A DNA stretch of 63,862 bases, filler included, from Vannella sp. (taxonomy: Eukaryota): NCBI GenBank assembly GCA_023345925.1. It is 5 parts of 5 records of this genome, joined end to end, with 100 filler letters (N's around TTAATTAATTAA, not from the genome) between each part and the next. Parts side by side here need not be neighbours in the genome. Positions count along the whole stretch, not along the records: positions 24,711 to 38,822 come from JAJQQN010000630.1; positions 38,923 to 52,710 come from JAJQQN010001167.1; 3 more parts are not named here. The stretch is one strand, 5' to 3'. The notes beneath the pieces were generated by a model. The model was given only the letters and a program-made list of their open reading frames with translations, ran no database searches and was not told where the DNA came from. The position numbers were made by a program, and so were the translations under genes. Shown here in pieces: positions 31,947 to 45,228 of this stretch; position 1 is the stretch's first letter, and every line of letters begins with the position of its first letter.

Positions 31947-34900
31947 TTACCAGTCGATTTTGAAGCGTTCCAGTTTGACTTGAGCATCCTGAAGGTCCTT
32001 GCGAACCTTAGTACGCATGTAGAAGATGGGACAATCCCTGCTGGTGCAAAGTACCGGTTGGTGGAAGGAGCCTTGGCAGGACTGGCATTGAGTCCAGAGT
32101 CGGGAGAACTTCAATTCAAGCTCGTTGACTGTAGTGAGCTTCTCCTGGTAAATCTGAGCTTCGATGTTGAGCCCTTTGCAGTGCTCACAAAGTGTCTGGT
32201 CGGAGGGGACGACCACTCGGCAGTTCATACAGCGGACACTGCGTTTGATGAAGCTTGCCAGTGGGTTTGATGCAGAGGATGAGTCTACGACCTTTAGCGT
32301 GTGATCTCCAGACAACAAGGAAGAGACAGAGCCCAAGATGGGGGTAAAGATCGAAGTGAGAGGCTTGGACAGTTGGTGGTCCAAGTAGTACTGATTGTCC
32401 AATGGGATTCCTTTCTCCAAGGCCCAGAGAGGGTCCTCAGCCTTCTCATAGGCCCGAGCATCCTTTGAACCTTGCACAATGACATAAGGCACTCGGTCTC
32501 CGATGTTAGGTGCTGAGCCAGGGTCTCGTTTGTGCATTCTTTGAGTGAGTTCAACATGAGCCTGCTTTCCCTTATACTCTGCCTTCGCCAGAGCCTTCGT
32601 AATGACCAAGAGAGAAAGATCTATCCGGTTCTGGAGCAAGTCAGAAATCATTCCTTTCACGTACATCTCGGCCCCTCGGGGGTCCCGCCCAATCAAGATC
32701 TTATGCAAGCAAGTGTCAATCACCTCTTTGACCAAAGGACAGTTGTCTCGGCGGACTGTGACAATCCCTTTCGCGTCCATTTTGTCAAACTTCTCCGGAT
32801 TGGTCCAAAGCAATCCGGCGTAGCGTTTCTTGCTCATAAGCAGATAGGGGAAGTAGGCCTTCTCGAATTCGAGGTTGATGGGGTTGATGAAGTGAGAAGT
32901 GACATATTCAGCGGCTTCTCGGCCAAGTCTCATTGCTTCTCCGATGTCTGTGGGGCCGAATTTGACCATGACAGAGTCGGTATCACCATACACAACGAGG
33001 GCGTTATGCTCGTACCCGTTGGCGATGGTGTACTTGGCCTCAACAAGCTCTTTGGTACGCTCAATCATGTCTCTTCCGTAGGCTGTGACGCTTGCAGAGA
33101 CTGATAGACATGGTAGTTTGCCACGCAAAGCTCCAGTGAATCCATACACTGAGTTAGCGGACGTCTTCAACGCCAATTGACGACCATTCTGGACGGCTGC
33201 TTTGAAAGGATCCTTTTCTTGTGCCAGTGCTCGTTTGGCTTTCTTACGAGCAGCCAGCAACTCATTCAAGATCTCAGGGAGGATCCCTTCACGTACAGAA
33301 GAGTGGACGAAGAGGTCGCCATTGGGAGTTCTGGAGTAATCCCCTTCCTTCAATCCGTACCGTTTGACGTCATCAGGAGAGACTAGAGTGGTGTAGCAGA
33401 GGTTATGAGCGATCATAATAGTAGGATACAGTGAGTTGAAGTCCAAGGTGCTGATCGGGAGGTCGTAGTAACCCGTAAGAGGGTCAATGACAACCGCTCC
33501 GGTGTAGGCGACGTCATCTCCCTGCGCTTGAACGTTGACAGCGGGAATAAGAAGTCCTCGTTCCTTGGCCTTGCGATACAGCTGAGATAGGACCTTGATT
33601 TGCTGCCCCCGGGTGAGGAGGAAAGAAACTGGGACTCCTGTGACTCTCGCCATCTCAATATAGTTGACGAGCATCATCAGTTTGTCCATCAATAGGAACG
33701 GTAGTTGTGCATCCTTCAGACAATAGACAGCTAATCGCTTGCGGTCGTTGTCAGTCCCGCGGAAGAGAGTGCCAATGATGTTGTACTGGACATCCTCCTT
33801 TTGTTGCCCCAAGAAGTGAGCTGCAACAGAGTTCAACGTATAAGAACGCAGTTTGTAATCACGTTGTACCACCTGGTAGATGTCAAACTGGACTCGGCCA
33901 GGAAGAACTAGGAATGGGTAAGATAACGCACTCGAACGGAAAGTCACTTACCGCAAGTTTTCGTCTCTCTGCGACCGTATGCCTTGGAGGAGAAGACTTC
34001 ATTCTTAATTGTCGTCTTATCGCTCAAGATTCGAGACAAATAGAGAGCCTGACTAGCTCCCAGTACCTTGGCACGGGTGATTATGTACCAAAAGTCAAAG
34101 TTACTGATGTTGTAGCCGATGATAAAGTCAGGGTCGAGTATCTGCATGAACGTAGCCCACTCTGTGAGGAGTGTAGCCTCATCTTCATAGCAAAGAACTT
34201 GTGCACCAACAATGGGTGCACATCCACCAAGGTTGAAGATAACTTTGCAGAGAGGCTCCGTTTGACCTTGAACAGTGACATAGTTAGCGATTTGAATGAC
34301 CTTGTCATTAATCGCATTCGGGTCAGGAAAGCCGACGCCAGCCGCACAACATTCAATATCTAAGTGATATAGATGAGTTACCGCGAACCAATGAACATAT
34401 TGAGTTGTTCCTACCAAAGCTGAGCACTCGGAGTGGTGCTATTCCATCCCACTCGCCTTCAGCGCCAAGGGAAACGAGCTTATCGAATCCAACGACCGCT
34501 TCAATCTGGCATCGGGAAACGCGACTGGCCTCTGGCACTTCTTTGTAGGATCCTGCTGGGCATTGTATCCATGAAGCGCCCACTAGATCCTGGTCAATCA
34601 TGTAGCGGAGGACGAAGAGGACGTTGGACTCGTAAGTCAACATGTTCAAGGGCGCGTCACGCCACATGACAAAGCCTGCTTCCAACAGCTTACGTGCTGA
34701 AGGAACGAGCATCGGTGCGGCAAGAGATATGCGTATCATGGGGACGGTCTTGCGAGGGTTGTAGCCCATAATCGACTGTTTGTGCACGATTTCGCAATGA
34801 AGGATGTAGTTTTCATAGCGTACGTGGACTCCTTGCATTGGAGCACGTTGCATTTGTGCCTACACACATGTCAGGAGTGAGTAAAGGAGGCAAAAGAGCG

Positions 34901-35327
34901 TACGTTGAGTTGAAATCGGAAGTTCTCGCAGTCGGATTCAGTGAAACCAGGTGGAGCCTCCACATAGAAGTAGGGAATGACTCCGTGCACGAAGAGGCAT
35001 ACAGAGTTGCCTTCGTTTGTCACGCCAAACATGCGGATGACGGGAACCTTGCCAACTTGACTTCCAGGCATCCCTTCGATGGGGTTGTCCTGAGGAAGGA
35101 TGAGGAGTCGATCAAAGGGGGAGGGGGTAACAAACCATAGTGTAGTCGATGTCAAGTTGCTGAAAGGTGAGCGAGTGGCTCGAAGTGGCGAACCCAGCAG
35201 GTAAAGGGTTTCGAGCCCAGACAGACTTGAACCGATCAAGGTCTCCCAAGCTCTCGCCATCCTCCGCAATCTCTTTGGCTCTCTTAGTGATGTTTGGAAG
35301 AACCACATCGCCCAATCTCCGTTTCAT
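31947..35327 (-). CDS. POLD1: DNA polymerase delta catalytic subunit
   Basis: [30 protein letters not shown]-terminal CysA/CysB ([17 protein letters not shown]); several introns. Confidence 0.97.
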
Positions 35328-35633
35328 GAGCCTCGACAGAATGAACAAAGAGTTCCCGCCAAAAACTGTCCCTTTCCATCACTCAGCTTCAAGATCACTC
35401 CCATTAATATTATTTCTTTTCTTTCTTAATCCCAGTGCCAATCCGATAACTGAGTTTCCAAGGTCCGATTTTTTGTCGAACTTGGCGGTCAACCCGAGTA
35501 ATTGATCCATTAAATGTAGAAATTTACCCTTACCAAAGGCCCTTGTAATGACACCCTATTGAAAAACAGATTTTGACGAAAATTTTGGCTCGACCAAGGA
35601 GGCTTCTCCATTTTCTGCCAATCGTCTTCGGCT

Positions 35634-36373
35634 ATGGCGGACAACCAATTGGGGGGGAGTGATGCAAACAGCCAGTCACTGGACAGTGGAGACGGCTCCC
35701 CATTCGCCCGTCAACATCATCTCGATTTATCCTTTGCACAAGCTCCCAATCCTCTCGCTAGTGAGGACCACCTTCACTCTATGGTACGTGCTCCCTTTCG
35801 AAGGCTGGTTTGGTCCGTTTGCTGATGGAGGAACAGGGTTATGCGGATAACAAGTTTGCTGAGTACCTGAAGCACCACCAAGGGCCAACCCCTCTTGGCT
35901 TCAACGTATGCAAACTCAACCGCCTCCCTTGTGGTGGTTACTGACCAGTTCCCCAGCCACAGATGCAGCAGATCCCTGTACAAATCACTCCAGCATTCCC
36001 CCGCATGCCCATACCTGCTGACTCGTTAGAAGACCCACTGTATGTCAACGCGAAGCAATACTCGCGGATCTTGAAGCGAAGAGAAGCGCGCGCCAAGCTG
36101 GATGCCGAGTACAAACTTCAGAAGGGACGACAGCCTTGGCTTCACAAGTCTCGTCATAAGCACGCTGTCAGTCGTCCTCGTGGTCCAGGTGGGCGGTTCT
36201 TGAGCGGAGAAGAGTCCCCGAGTGGGAAGAAGGAACAAAACGACGCTTCCCTCATCGATCCATCACAAGATCTCAGCAACCCGGAGAGCATGAGTATGCA
36301 CGCCCCATCCCCTCAGGAACACTCACACTTCCTCCCTACCACTGATTCAATCTTGCCCCAACATCTCCTTTGA
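35634..36373 (+). CDS. NFYA: CCAAT-binding factor subunit NF-YA/Hap2
   Basis: [37 protein letters not shown]; 5' exons approximate. Confidence 0.92.
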
Positions 36374-36470
36374 GGCGACCGTTTGTACTTTTTACTAAAT
36401 TGGATTCATTAGCCTTCCCACGCATATTTTAACATTCCCATCATTTAAAGCAATCTCTGATAGTTTCTGA

Positions 36471-38448
36471 ATGCCTTTGGGGGAATTCACGATCCTCGTC
36501 TCTGTTGAAGGAGACCTTTTGGTGTTTGGCAAGAATGGCAGTGGCCAACTTGGTCTTGGTCACGAGAGGGTGCAAAAGGAACCTGCGACGGTTGCTTGGA
36601 AAGGACCAAAGGTTCTGCAGGTGGACTGGGGTGGCGAGCACTCTCTTGTGCTTGATGTAGAAGGCGGTGTGTGGGAGTCTGGCTCCAGCTCGGTGGATTC
36701 CGTCTTTCACAGGATCCAGGGCTTGCCATTCATCACTCAAGTGGCTGCTGGGTACGATCACTCTGCAGCTTTGGATCGCAGTGGTGCCCTTTGGGTTTGG
36801 ACGCTCAATAAGGGTCTCTCCTGGGCTACTTCTACTCCCAAAAGACTGGAATGCGTCTCTGTCTTCTCCAAGGTGGCTTGTGGTAGACAATTCCTCGTGG
36901 CAGAGGCGAAAGAAGGACTTTGGGTGTTGGGCAACAACTCCAAAGGGCAGCTGGGCCTCGGTAATTCCACTCCGGCTTCAGTACTGACTCTTTTGAAAGT
37001 ACCAGGCCGTGCAATGGGACCTCTTCGATGCCTGGCTGCACTCTGTTATGGTATCCTCTTCATCGACGAGAAAGGGGAGGTCTTCACTGCTGGAGATCCA
37101 TCTGATGGACGTCTGGGGCGCACTGGAAGCTCCAATGAGTTTCAGAAGATTGTCGGTATCCCTCCTATGATGGTGGCTTCGTGTGGGTACCGCCATTCTC
37201 TCACTCAAGATCAGTCTGGAGGTACTTGGGCTTGGGGATTTGGAGGTGATGGACGATTGGGCACTGGCACTACTACAAATCAGTACACGCCGACTTTGAT
37301 TCCTTCTCTGCAGGGGGCCATCGCCTTGGTGGCAGGCGCATCTCACTCTTTGGGGATCTTACCAGACGGAAGACTACTGGTCTTCGGGCACAAAAGTAAC
37401 ACAGGACTTAAGGGGGATGTGGATATACTCACTCCTACCCTATCTCCTCTCAGGCCGGCTCTCCCTCATCCTGCTCAATTCTCCATCTGGCATTGGGCAA
37501 AAGAGGTTTCGGAGAGTCAGAAGTCTTGGCTCGAGGTTCCCCCTCAGATGATGAGAAAATGATGATGAGAAAATTCAGCAACACCAAGAAGATCTGAAAG
37601 CAGGTCTGGTGAACGGGAGCACCCCAGCAGCCAACTGGGGATATCTCCACAGCAAAGTGTGGAAGCACCAACAAGCTCTTCAGCTGGAGCAACTCTGCCA
37701 TGAAGACACCTTAACTCAACAAGAATCAGTAGTTTCCCGCCTGGTGAAAGACCTTGAGGAAGCCCAAACCCTTGTTTGCCGCCTGAAAGAAGAGCTGCAG
37801 CAAGCTTCTACCTCTGTCTTAGTCACGAATGAGGCAAAAGAAGCTGGAACGAAGACTCTTACCTTTTTGGCCACTTTAGAGCCACTTCTAAAGGGTGCAT
37901 CAGAGGTGGAAAGCACTACAAATGAGCAGATGCAGGCAAAGATGTGCCCATTCCTCCCTGACCAGCTCACTGTGGATGATTTGGGATTTGCTTTGAACCA
38001 CTTTGGTGTTGCCAATCCCCGTTCTATTGCCCAGACTCTAGAGAAAGAGGTATCTATGAGCTTGCTGGGGGATGTCACAGAAAATCTTTTAGAGGAGTTT
38101 GGAGTCCTTGAAATGATGGAACGCCAACGAATCTTGTTAAGCCTTCATATGCTTTCTAACGGACTTTTGTTGGATAGCCATCACACAGATGCGTGTGGAT
38201 TATGCCAGAATCAGACACCTGAGGAGACGGTGGCCTATTTGGGAGAGTGTGAGATTGCCATTCCGAAGGACCGGGTGCTTGAATTGAAGATCCTCGTCGG
38301 CCATTTGATGCTTATGGGGTCTGCAACTCTCTGCAAAACCTTTGGAATTGACACCAAATCCGCTATCTTGATTCACAATCGTCTTACGAGAGCCAAAGAA
38401 GAACATCTTAACATCCAAGCTTCCCCAAGTGTTCCTATCAGTGAATGA
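36471..38448 (+). pseudogene. RCC1-repeat / coiled-coil / SAM-like gene interrupted by a frameshift (or split in two)
   Basis: RCC1 repeats (FGKNGSGQLGLG, VAAGYDHS, WGFGGDGRLG); stop at 37562 inside a 14-nt duplication; downstream frame continues into coiled coil and two SAM-like segments. Confidence 0.6.
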
Positions 38449-38822
38449 TATCCCACTTTATCACTAAGCTGAGTCAACACACAAACAGAACTTTCTACTG
38501 AGATGAGCACGCTTTTCTCTTTCCATCCAAGTTTCCTCCTTTGATGCACTCGATGCAGAGAACAGGTCGAGGGCCTATTCCGAAGGAATAGAGTCTGCAA
38601 TAAGGCAGGAGTCCCTTAGTTAGAGTGCAGATATTCAATGCGGTTCGAGACGCTAAAGAGGAGTAGAAGTGAGTTCCATCTTGTTCTTGCCAATCATTGC
38701 GAATAGCTGGAAGCTTGGAACCCCAAAACGATTGGCTTTTAAGCGCCACTGAAGTGCAAAAGTGACAATCATTCATTCGTTCATTCATTGGGATGCCTTT
38801 GGGCGCCCACACGCTCCTCCTC

Positions 38823-38922
38823 NNNNNNNNNNNNNNNNNNNNNNNNNNNNNNNNNNNNNNNNNNNNTTAATTAATTAANNNNNNNNNNNNNNNNNNNNNN
38901 NNNNNNNNNNNNNNNNNNNNNN
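38823..38922. other. Artificial contig linker
   Basis: N44-TTAATTAATTAA-N44. Confidence 0.97.
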
Positions 38923-40204
38923 GGAAACAGGAAAGCCATTGTTTGGGCAGCCTTTGCTCTGACTGCTCTGGCAAGCAAGGTTGGCGTTTGATGTCAGTGG
39001 AGATGTGAACCCTGAGGAAGCTCTTTCGGTTCTGTGTGAAGCTTGCTGGCTCAAGATGAGGGAAGAGGATCCTCGACAGTTCCGTTCCCGGAAGCCGGGC
39101 GAGGAGCCGTTCCACAAGATGAGGTTCACTTGCAGAGCATCACAGGAGCGGACCTGCAGAGAGAAGGAGGGCATACTCTCCAGGAGGAACCCAGAGAAGA
39201 GGAGAGAATAAGAGAAGCTCTTTGGACCAAAGAGCTTCTCGAGGCGTGATCGCAAAGAATGGGATGGTCCAATGAAGCACGCCTCCTGGTATGATGCACA
39301 GGGCAATGGATCACTATCACTGTTAGCCACCAACCTTCTACTCGTTGGGGAAGAGAATACACCCAACAGAGTTTGCTCTCCGATGTTGCCATATCTCCTC
39401 GTCGGACCGACACCCTCACTTCTCAAGCCTCACACCCAACGCCTTACTGTTGAGCCAGCGTGACAACGAACGAGAAGATCAGACCGAGATGACTTCCAGC
39501 AGGATGTGAGAACGCATTTCGTATGACGTGGTACCCTTCCTTGAGACTCTTTGCTGCTCCCCTACGCATGGCATTGTCAATAACGATCCTATGTGTGGTA
39601 TGCAAGATATAGTGGAGAGATAGCGCTCCGCAAAAAGAGCACTCCTTCGGTTTAGAGGATCTTTGAAGCCGACTTGAAGTGACTAGCACAGCAGTTGACA
39701 CTGAAGATCCTCAGTGCTACTCTTGATATCACAGAGACACTCCTGAGCAAGATTTCTCTCTCTTATAAGCCTCGGGAGTCCGTTATGTGGGCCCAGGAGT
39801 TAACTAAGTCACAAGCTTCGAAGTGTCTCGGTTCATTCCGGGGTTCTCAAGTTGTATAACACAACGATCTTCTTGAAGCTCTCGAGTGTTCTCCGACAAT
39901 GCAAACAGCCAGTTTACTCCCTAAAAAACATGTGGAGCGCGCTTACTGCCTCTTGAGATGCTCGAAATTGCAGGTTGACCATTTCCTTCCCTCTGATGAA
40001 GAACCCCAATGCTCTCCTTCCACGAATCTTCGCTTTGAGTTCCACGTTCTCACTGTTGAGCCAATTGCCCATCAAACCTCCCAAATAGCTTAGGGACAAG
40101 TCAGATACTTGGGGTAGGAACGCGCTCTAGAACCTATTTTTGCTAACCCGGAAGAATCCGTTTGAAGTAGGCTCCAATTGATCCTGAGGAGGAAGCAGTT
40201 TACA

Positions 40205-41666
40205 TTAACGTCCAGTCCGAACGCGAGCGCTCTCAAGCTCAAACTCTTTCAGTAGCTCTCGCTGCCGTGGAGTGAGGGTCTTGGGAACCGATATGCCTAT
40301 TATAATGTACATGTCACCAATGACTGAGCTATTTCGAAAGTCAGGAAAGCCCTCTCCAGGTACTTTGATAATCTCGCGGGGTTGTGTCCCTGGTTTTATC
40401 TCGACCTGGTGGTGTAGTGAGTCTCTTTGGTAATAGCAATAGCAGAGGGAATACACCTACTCTGACTTGCCCTCGAAGAGAGGGAATCTGGAGAGTGACG
40501 CCAAGAGCAGCATGCTCAAAGGACACAGGAAGATCACAGATAACATCCACAACATTCCTCCGTCGCAGGAACGGATGCTCCTCCACTTTGACAGTAATAA
40601 TAAGATCTCCTTTTCTCCCTGATAAGGAAGTGTCGCCCTGTTCTATCAGTCTCTTCCGGCATCCATCCGGTACTCCAGCGGGTATCCGAATGTCAACACT
40701 CGCCTCCACTCGAATCAATCCAAACCCACCGCAAGAAGGACAGGCACGAGCATCTTCTCCCACACACTGAAAGCACTGCTCTTTCCGATCAAAGACTATC
40801 CGTTTGGTACAACCTTGCATTGACTCTTGAAAGGATATTTGGAGATCACTGTGGAGGTTAAGCGTGATATCTGGTTGTGATGAGGCTGACAATTCGGAAT
40901 AGCTTGACATAGAGTTAGGACTGGGGCCGCACATATCTCCAGAGACAACAGTTGGCGGATTGTCTCGAAGGAAAACTCTTTGTCGGGATTCAGGAGAAAG
41001 AGGAATCTCCAGTGAAGCGGCTGAGTTGGAATGAGAATTGTCTTGGCTTTGAGGAGTAAGTGGACTGGTGAAAGGTGGCCCATAGGGTCCAGGAGAGGGA
41101 CTAGGAGAAGGCACAGAAGATCGGAAGTTGAACGGGTTCTCACTAAAACCTACGGAGGAGCGCAAGAGCCCCACAGGTGGTGTTGAAGGTACACTTGCAT
41201 TGGCATAACTTGAAGAGGAGTGGGAAGAAGGTGTGCTCTTCATCAAAGACGAAAGAGAAGGGAGCGGAGATCGAGTTCGTTGTATCTTGCGGGGAGGCTC
41301 TTCCAAGGGAGGTCGATCTTCTTTGACGATATGGAGAGTACCGTCTGGTTGTGGGAAAGCACCATTGCCTTGCAGAATCCGCTTCAGGTTATCGTTGTTG
41401 AGGAGGTCAGCAGAAAGTTGGTGAGGACGATAGTGCGATTGCCGATCGTACTGAGAACGAGTCTTTTGGTCCGATAGAACCTCGTAAGCCTCCTTGACCA
41501 GTTGAAACTGAGCAGTGGCAGTCTCAGGAGAGTGCTCGCCTTGGTCATCCCCATTCCTGTCAGGATGAACCTCCTTCGCTTTCCTGTGATACGCAGCGCG
41601 GATGTCACTCTCCGAAGCATCACGCGTGATTCCAAGCACTTGATAGTGCGTGGCCACAGAGGACAT
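40205..41666 (-). CDS. DnaJ/Hsp40 protein (J domain, S/P-rich linker, short Zn finger, DnaJ-C)
   Basis: HYQVLGI..HPDRN..EAYEVLSD; CFQC/CPSC; IPAGV..GDL; PGTQP..GEGFP. Confidence 0.9.
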
Positions 41667-41843
41667 AGCTGCCAAACAATACCACCTCGCTCCCAGGCAT
41701 TCCGCAGAAAACTCGCATCCAATTCTCCACGAAATCGCCCAATCATAGTGAAGCGACATCCCCCAATCGGGTTCATCTTTTGCCTTCCATTTTCTTTTCT
41801 GATGCCTCAATGTGCCTTGCAGTGTCAATTTAAATCAAAGGAA

Positions 41844-42733
41844 ATGTGCGATCGGCACTTCCTAATTGGGGGTGTTTATCAAGCGACGGTAGGTGGAAGA
41901 AAGGAGCCTCTTATCGGTGCTAAATGGCTCAGATCACGCAACACTGGCATCGAAAGTGTCTTGGACTACCTGGCGGTGCGGTTTGGGAGGTGTGGTAGAA
42001 GGCCGTGAGTGAGGGGAGTCGCTCTGCTGACAAGTCGCACAGGGAGCCGTATTCATGAGCGAGTACATCGCCAAGAAGTACAAAGATAAGATGAAAGGAG
42101 CTCGCGTCCTTGAATTGGGGTGTGGACCCGCTCTAGTCGCCATCATCTGCGCCCGAATGGGAGCCGCCAAGGTACCACCACGCTCCCCCATCCCCCGTGC
42201 CCGCTAACCTTATCCCAGGTGGTTACCACCGACTATGAACAAGGTGTGCTTGACCTAGCCTCCCGAAACGTCAAACAAAACGACCTCGAAAGCGTCATCT
42301 CAGTACAGCACTTGAAATGGGGAGAACTGTGTACAGAGAAATACGACTTCATTATTGGGTCTGAAGTGACCTACTCGGACACGGAATGGGACGCTTTGAC
42401 GAACACAATCGTCTCCGCAGCCAAGTCAACTTGCCATGTTATCTTCTCAGAAGCTCCCCGGTTTGTTAGCGTGAGTTATATCGTTTGGTAGGTCTTTGAG
42501 ATGCTGAGAAGCTTTAGGAAGAGGAAGCAGAGCATGGGCTGGAAGAGTTTTTCGAGTTTCTCAACACAAAGTCACCCAAAGAAGTACCTTTCAAAATGCT
42601 TTGTCCAGAGAAGGCGCTTCCACTACCTCCTGACGTAGACCAAGCTGCTATGGATCGGTGGGCCTCGCATGGAGTGATTGTATGGGAACTAGTCCGGTCC
42701 AAGTCAAAACTCCAAAAGCTGTTTGGAAGATAA
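41844..42733 (+). CDS. METTL21/EEF1AKMT-like (family 16) protein-lysine methyltransferase
   Basis: Spliced GGAVWEGA..VLELGCGP..VVTTDY..LKWG..FIIGSEVTY; 4 introns. Confidence 0.85.
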
Positions 42734-42771
42734 GAACCTGGCGCTGATATCCTCCTCTTCAAATGGGCCGT

Positions 42772-44566
42772 TTAGGGACTAAAACTTTCACTGTGTACAA
42801 CAAATCGGCAAAAGGCCGTCGGTCTGGCTGCGCGGAGAACCCCATTGCGGAGTGAGCGTGAGCCACAAACAAACACTCCCACCTCCTCTCCGACAAGGCT
42901 AGTTCGTTCCTTCTTGATTGTTCCAGCAATAGAACGGAAAATTGGGCCCAATTCGGCCCTGCCGTGGTGAAGGGTGCGGGAACCAGTGGTTGAGGAGCCA
43001 GGGTCGCTCATCTCTTGACTAAGAATCTGCAAATCTTCACCCTGACCAGTTTGGAACAGCTCCAATGTGATTTTCTCAGCTCCTTGCCTTTCGAAATCTG
43101 CTAACTCGGCCTCTAGCTCATGGAAGAGCTCTACGTTTCGGAAAGACCAAATTAAAGTGATCTTCTGGTTGACGACAGCGTTCGTGAGGAGATCCTGTAA
43201 GATGCCAATGATAGGTGTTATACCAACCCCTCCAGCAACAAGCACGACCCTCTTCATCTGATGAATCAACGGCAAAGTTAATTGTCCATACGGCCCATCC
43301 ACCCATATATACCGGGGCTTGTCACTGGCAGCAGCCTTCATCAGTCCCTTTGACCACTTTCCAACAACCTCCACAATAACCGAGCATCCAGAACCATCAG
43401 AAGCTGGAATGAGACTGAACGGATGCATCTGGAACCAAGATACTGAGGGGATATAAAGGAAAGCGTGCTGGCCAGCATGGAACCGCTTATAGCCAGAAAC
43501 AGTAACCCTAAGCTCATCAGTCTCCAACAAAGGGGGCTTGGAGACAACTCACTTGACATGTTTGTCCCCAATGACCTTCAAAGACTCAATTCTTGAGAAA
43601 GAACGAGCGCACATGAAGAACCGGAACAGGACATCAGCAACGTAGAGTACCAGAGGTGCTATCATCATCAATGCCAGGTCAGATCTGTGTTTGGTGAGCT
43701 GGGTGGCGCGTGGGCTTGAGTGTGCGGAACATACCCTCCCTTGTGGAGCATGCCAAGGACCAAGATGACGACAAAACAGATGTAGTGTATCTTCATGAAG
43801 ACTTCATAGCACTTGCTTCGCATGAACCAGAGAGAAGTCAGTACAATGACGATCATGAAGGCGAAGCTTCCAATCCCCGCTAGAATCTTCAGTCTGATGA
43901 ACTCTTGATACACACTCGACCATCCATGTCGTCTATAGTAGTAGATGGTGAACTCAATGCCATGCACAGTGGTCAAGACAAGGATCTAACAGAGGCGAAC
44001 AGTTAGAGTTGGAGGATTTAAGCACTTCTCTTACCCAGCGACCCAGCCACTTGTGGAAGAGGATCACTCGTTCAAAAGGGATACCTGTAAGCAGCAGAAG
44101 AAGTCCCTTTCGTGGGATGGGAAGCAAAAGCAACACAAAGTTCCACTGAATGAGCGTCCCCACCTTCTTCCCTGATCTTGCGCAGTGTAAGGATGAAGCT
44201 GATTCAACAGAGAAGGTAGGTTTACCTCTTTAGATCATGGAAGCAGCTGGAATTACACTCTCCCAAGAGAATGGCGAGGTTGATGAGGATAATCGCAAGA
44301 AAGACTGTCAAGTCAAACAAGCGAAAGTACAATCGTAACCGAGCAAGAGGATGGTAGCTTCCAATGAAACAGCCGAAGCTGTAGAGGCTTTTGATCTTCT
44401 GCACTCCGTAGCTTTGTTGGATGCGAGACCCTTTTCTCAAGGTTACTTCCTTCTCAAAGTCTCACCACCTACATGACGAACGAGGTCCCACAACATCCAA
44501 AAGTGGTGGCCCGTCCTTCAAGTCGATCATGGGTTCTTCAAGAGACCATTCCATAGGGTCGGCCAT
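42772..44566 (-). CDS. Ferric reductase/NOX-family flavocytochrome
   Basis: FHKWLGR, YEVFMKIH..LH, HPFSL, VDGPYG, VLVAGGVGITP, VFVCG, HSESF. Confidence 0.9.
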
Positions 44567-44717
44567 AAAAATGGTTCAGCTTTCCCCATCCCCGAATGTG
44601 TTTTGAGCTTTGCTTCAGCATGATCCCATGAAGAAGTGACCACATGCTGAGCCATCGTCGTATGGGCAGTTGTAAGCAGGGACAGATTTAATTCGTAGTT
44701 TACAAACATCTGTTCGC

Positions 44718-45153
44718 TTAATACTGGAGAGCCTGGCCCTTGGTCTTGGTGTCTCCTCCCAACTCGAAGTGCTTGGTGCGCTTGATGGGCAGCTGGTGGA
44801 ACTGCTTGCAAGTGTTGCACTGCATCTTCAGGACGATCTTTCTGGTGGTCTTAGCCTATCGAGACGCAAGAGGATCGCTGCTTAGCCGACTAAAGTGGTT
44901 CGTCCTTGCCCTTTCCTTACCTTCTTGTGGAAAACAGGCTTGGTCTGACCTCCGTATCCGGACTGCTTGCGATCATAACGTCTCTTACCCTGAGCCCAGA
45001 TGCTCTCCTTGCCCTTCTTGTATTGGGTGACCTTCTGGGGAGTATGCTTCTTGCATCGCTTGCAGAAAGTGTTTCGCTGTTTAGGGATGTTGACCTGTGG
45101 GATCAAGCATGTAAGAACAAGGCGCTCTCCTGGCAAGCGCAAGAACCCACCAT
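44718..45153 (-). CDS. RPL36A: 60S ribosomal protein eL42 (L36a/L44)
   Basis: [53 protein letters not shown]. Confidence 0.97.
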
Positions 45154-45228
45154 AGCGGACGAAGAAGAAAAAGGGCATAGAGCGAAGAACACGAAAATTT
45201 TGGCTGGCAAACTTTCGGTGTTTTTTGT

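Noticed and set aside
31947..35327. Family B polymerase as a Polinton or giant-virus gene
   Set aside because: It has the Pol delta CysA/CysB tail and introns, and sits among housekeeping genes
40720..40790. DnaJ with only two CxxC motifs as a novelty
   Set aside because: Truncated Zn fingers are common among divergent Hsp40 paralogs
44930..44960. Cycloheximide-resistance substitution in eL42
   Set aside because: GQTKPVF keeps the Pro of the sensitive form
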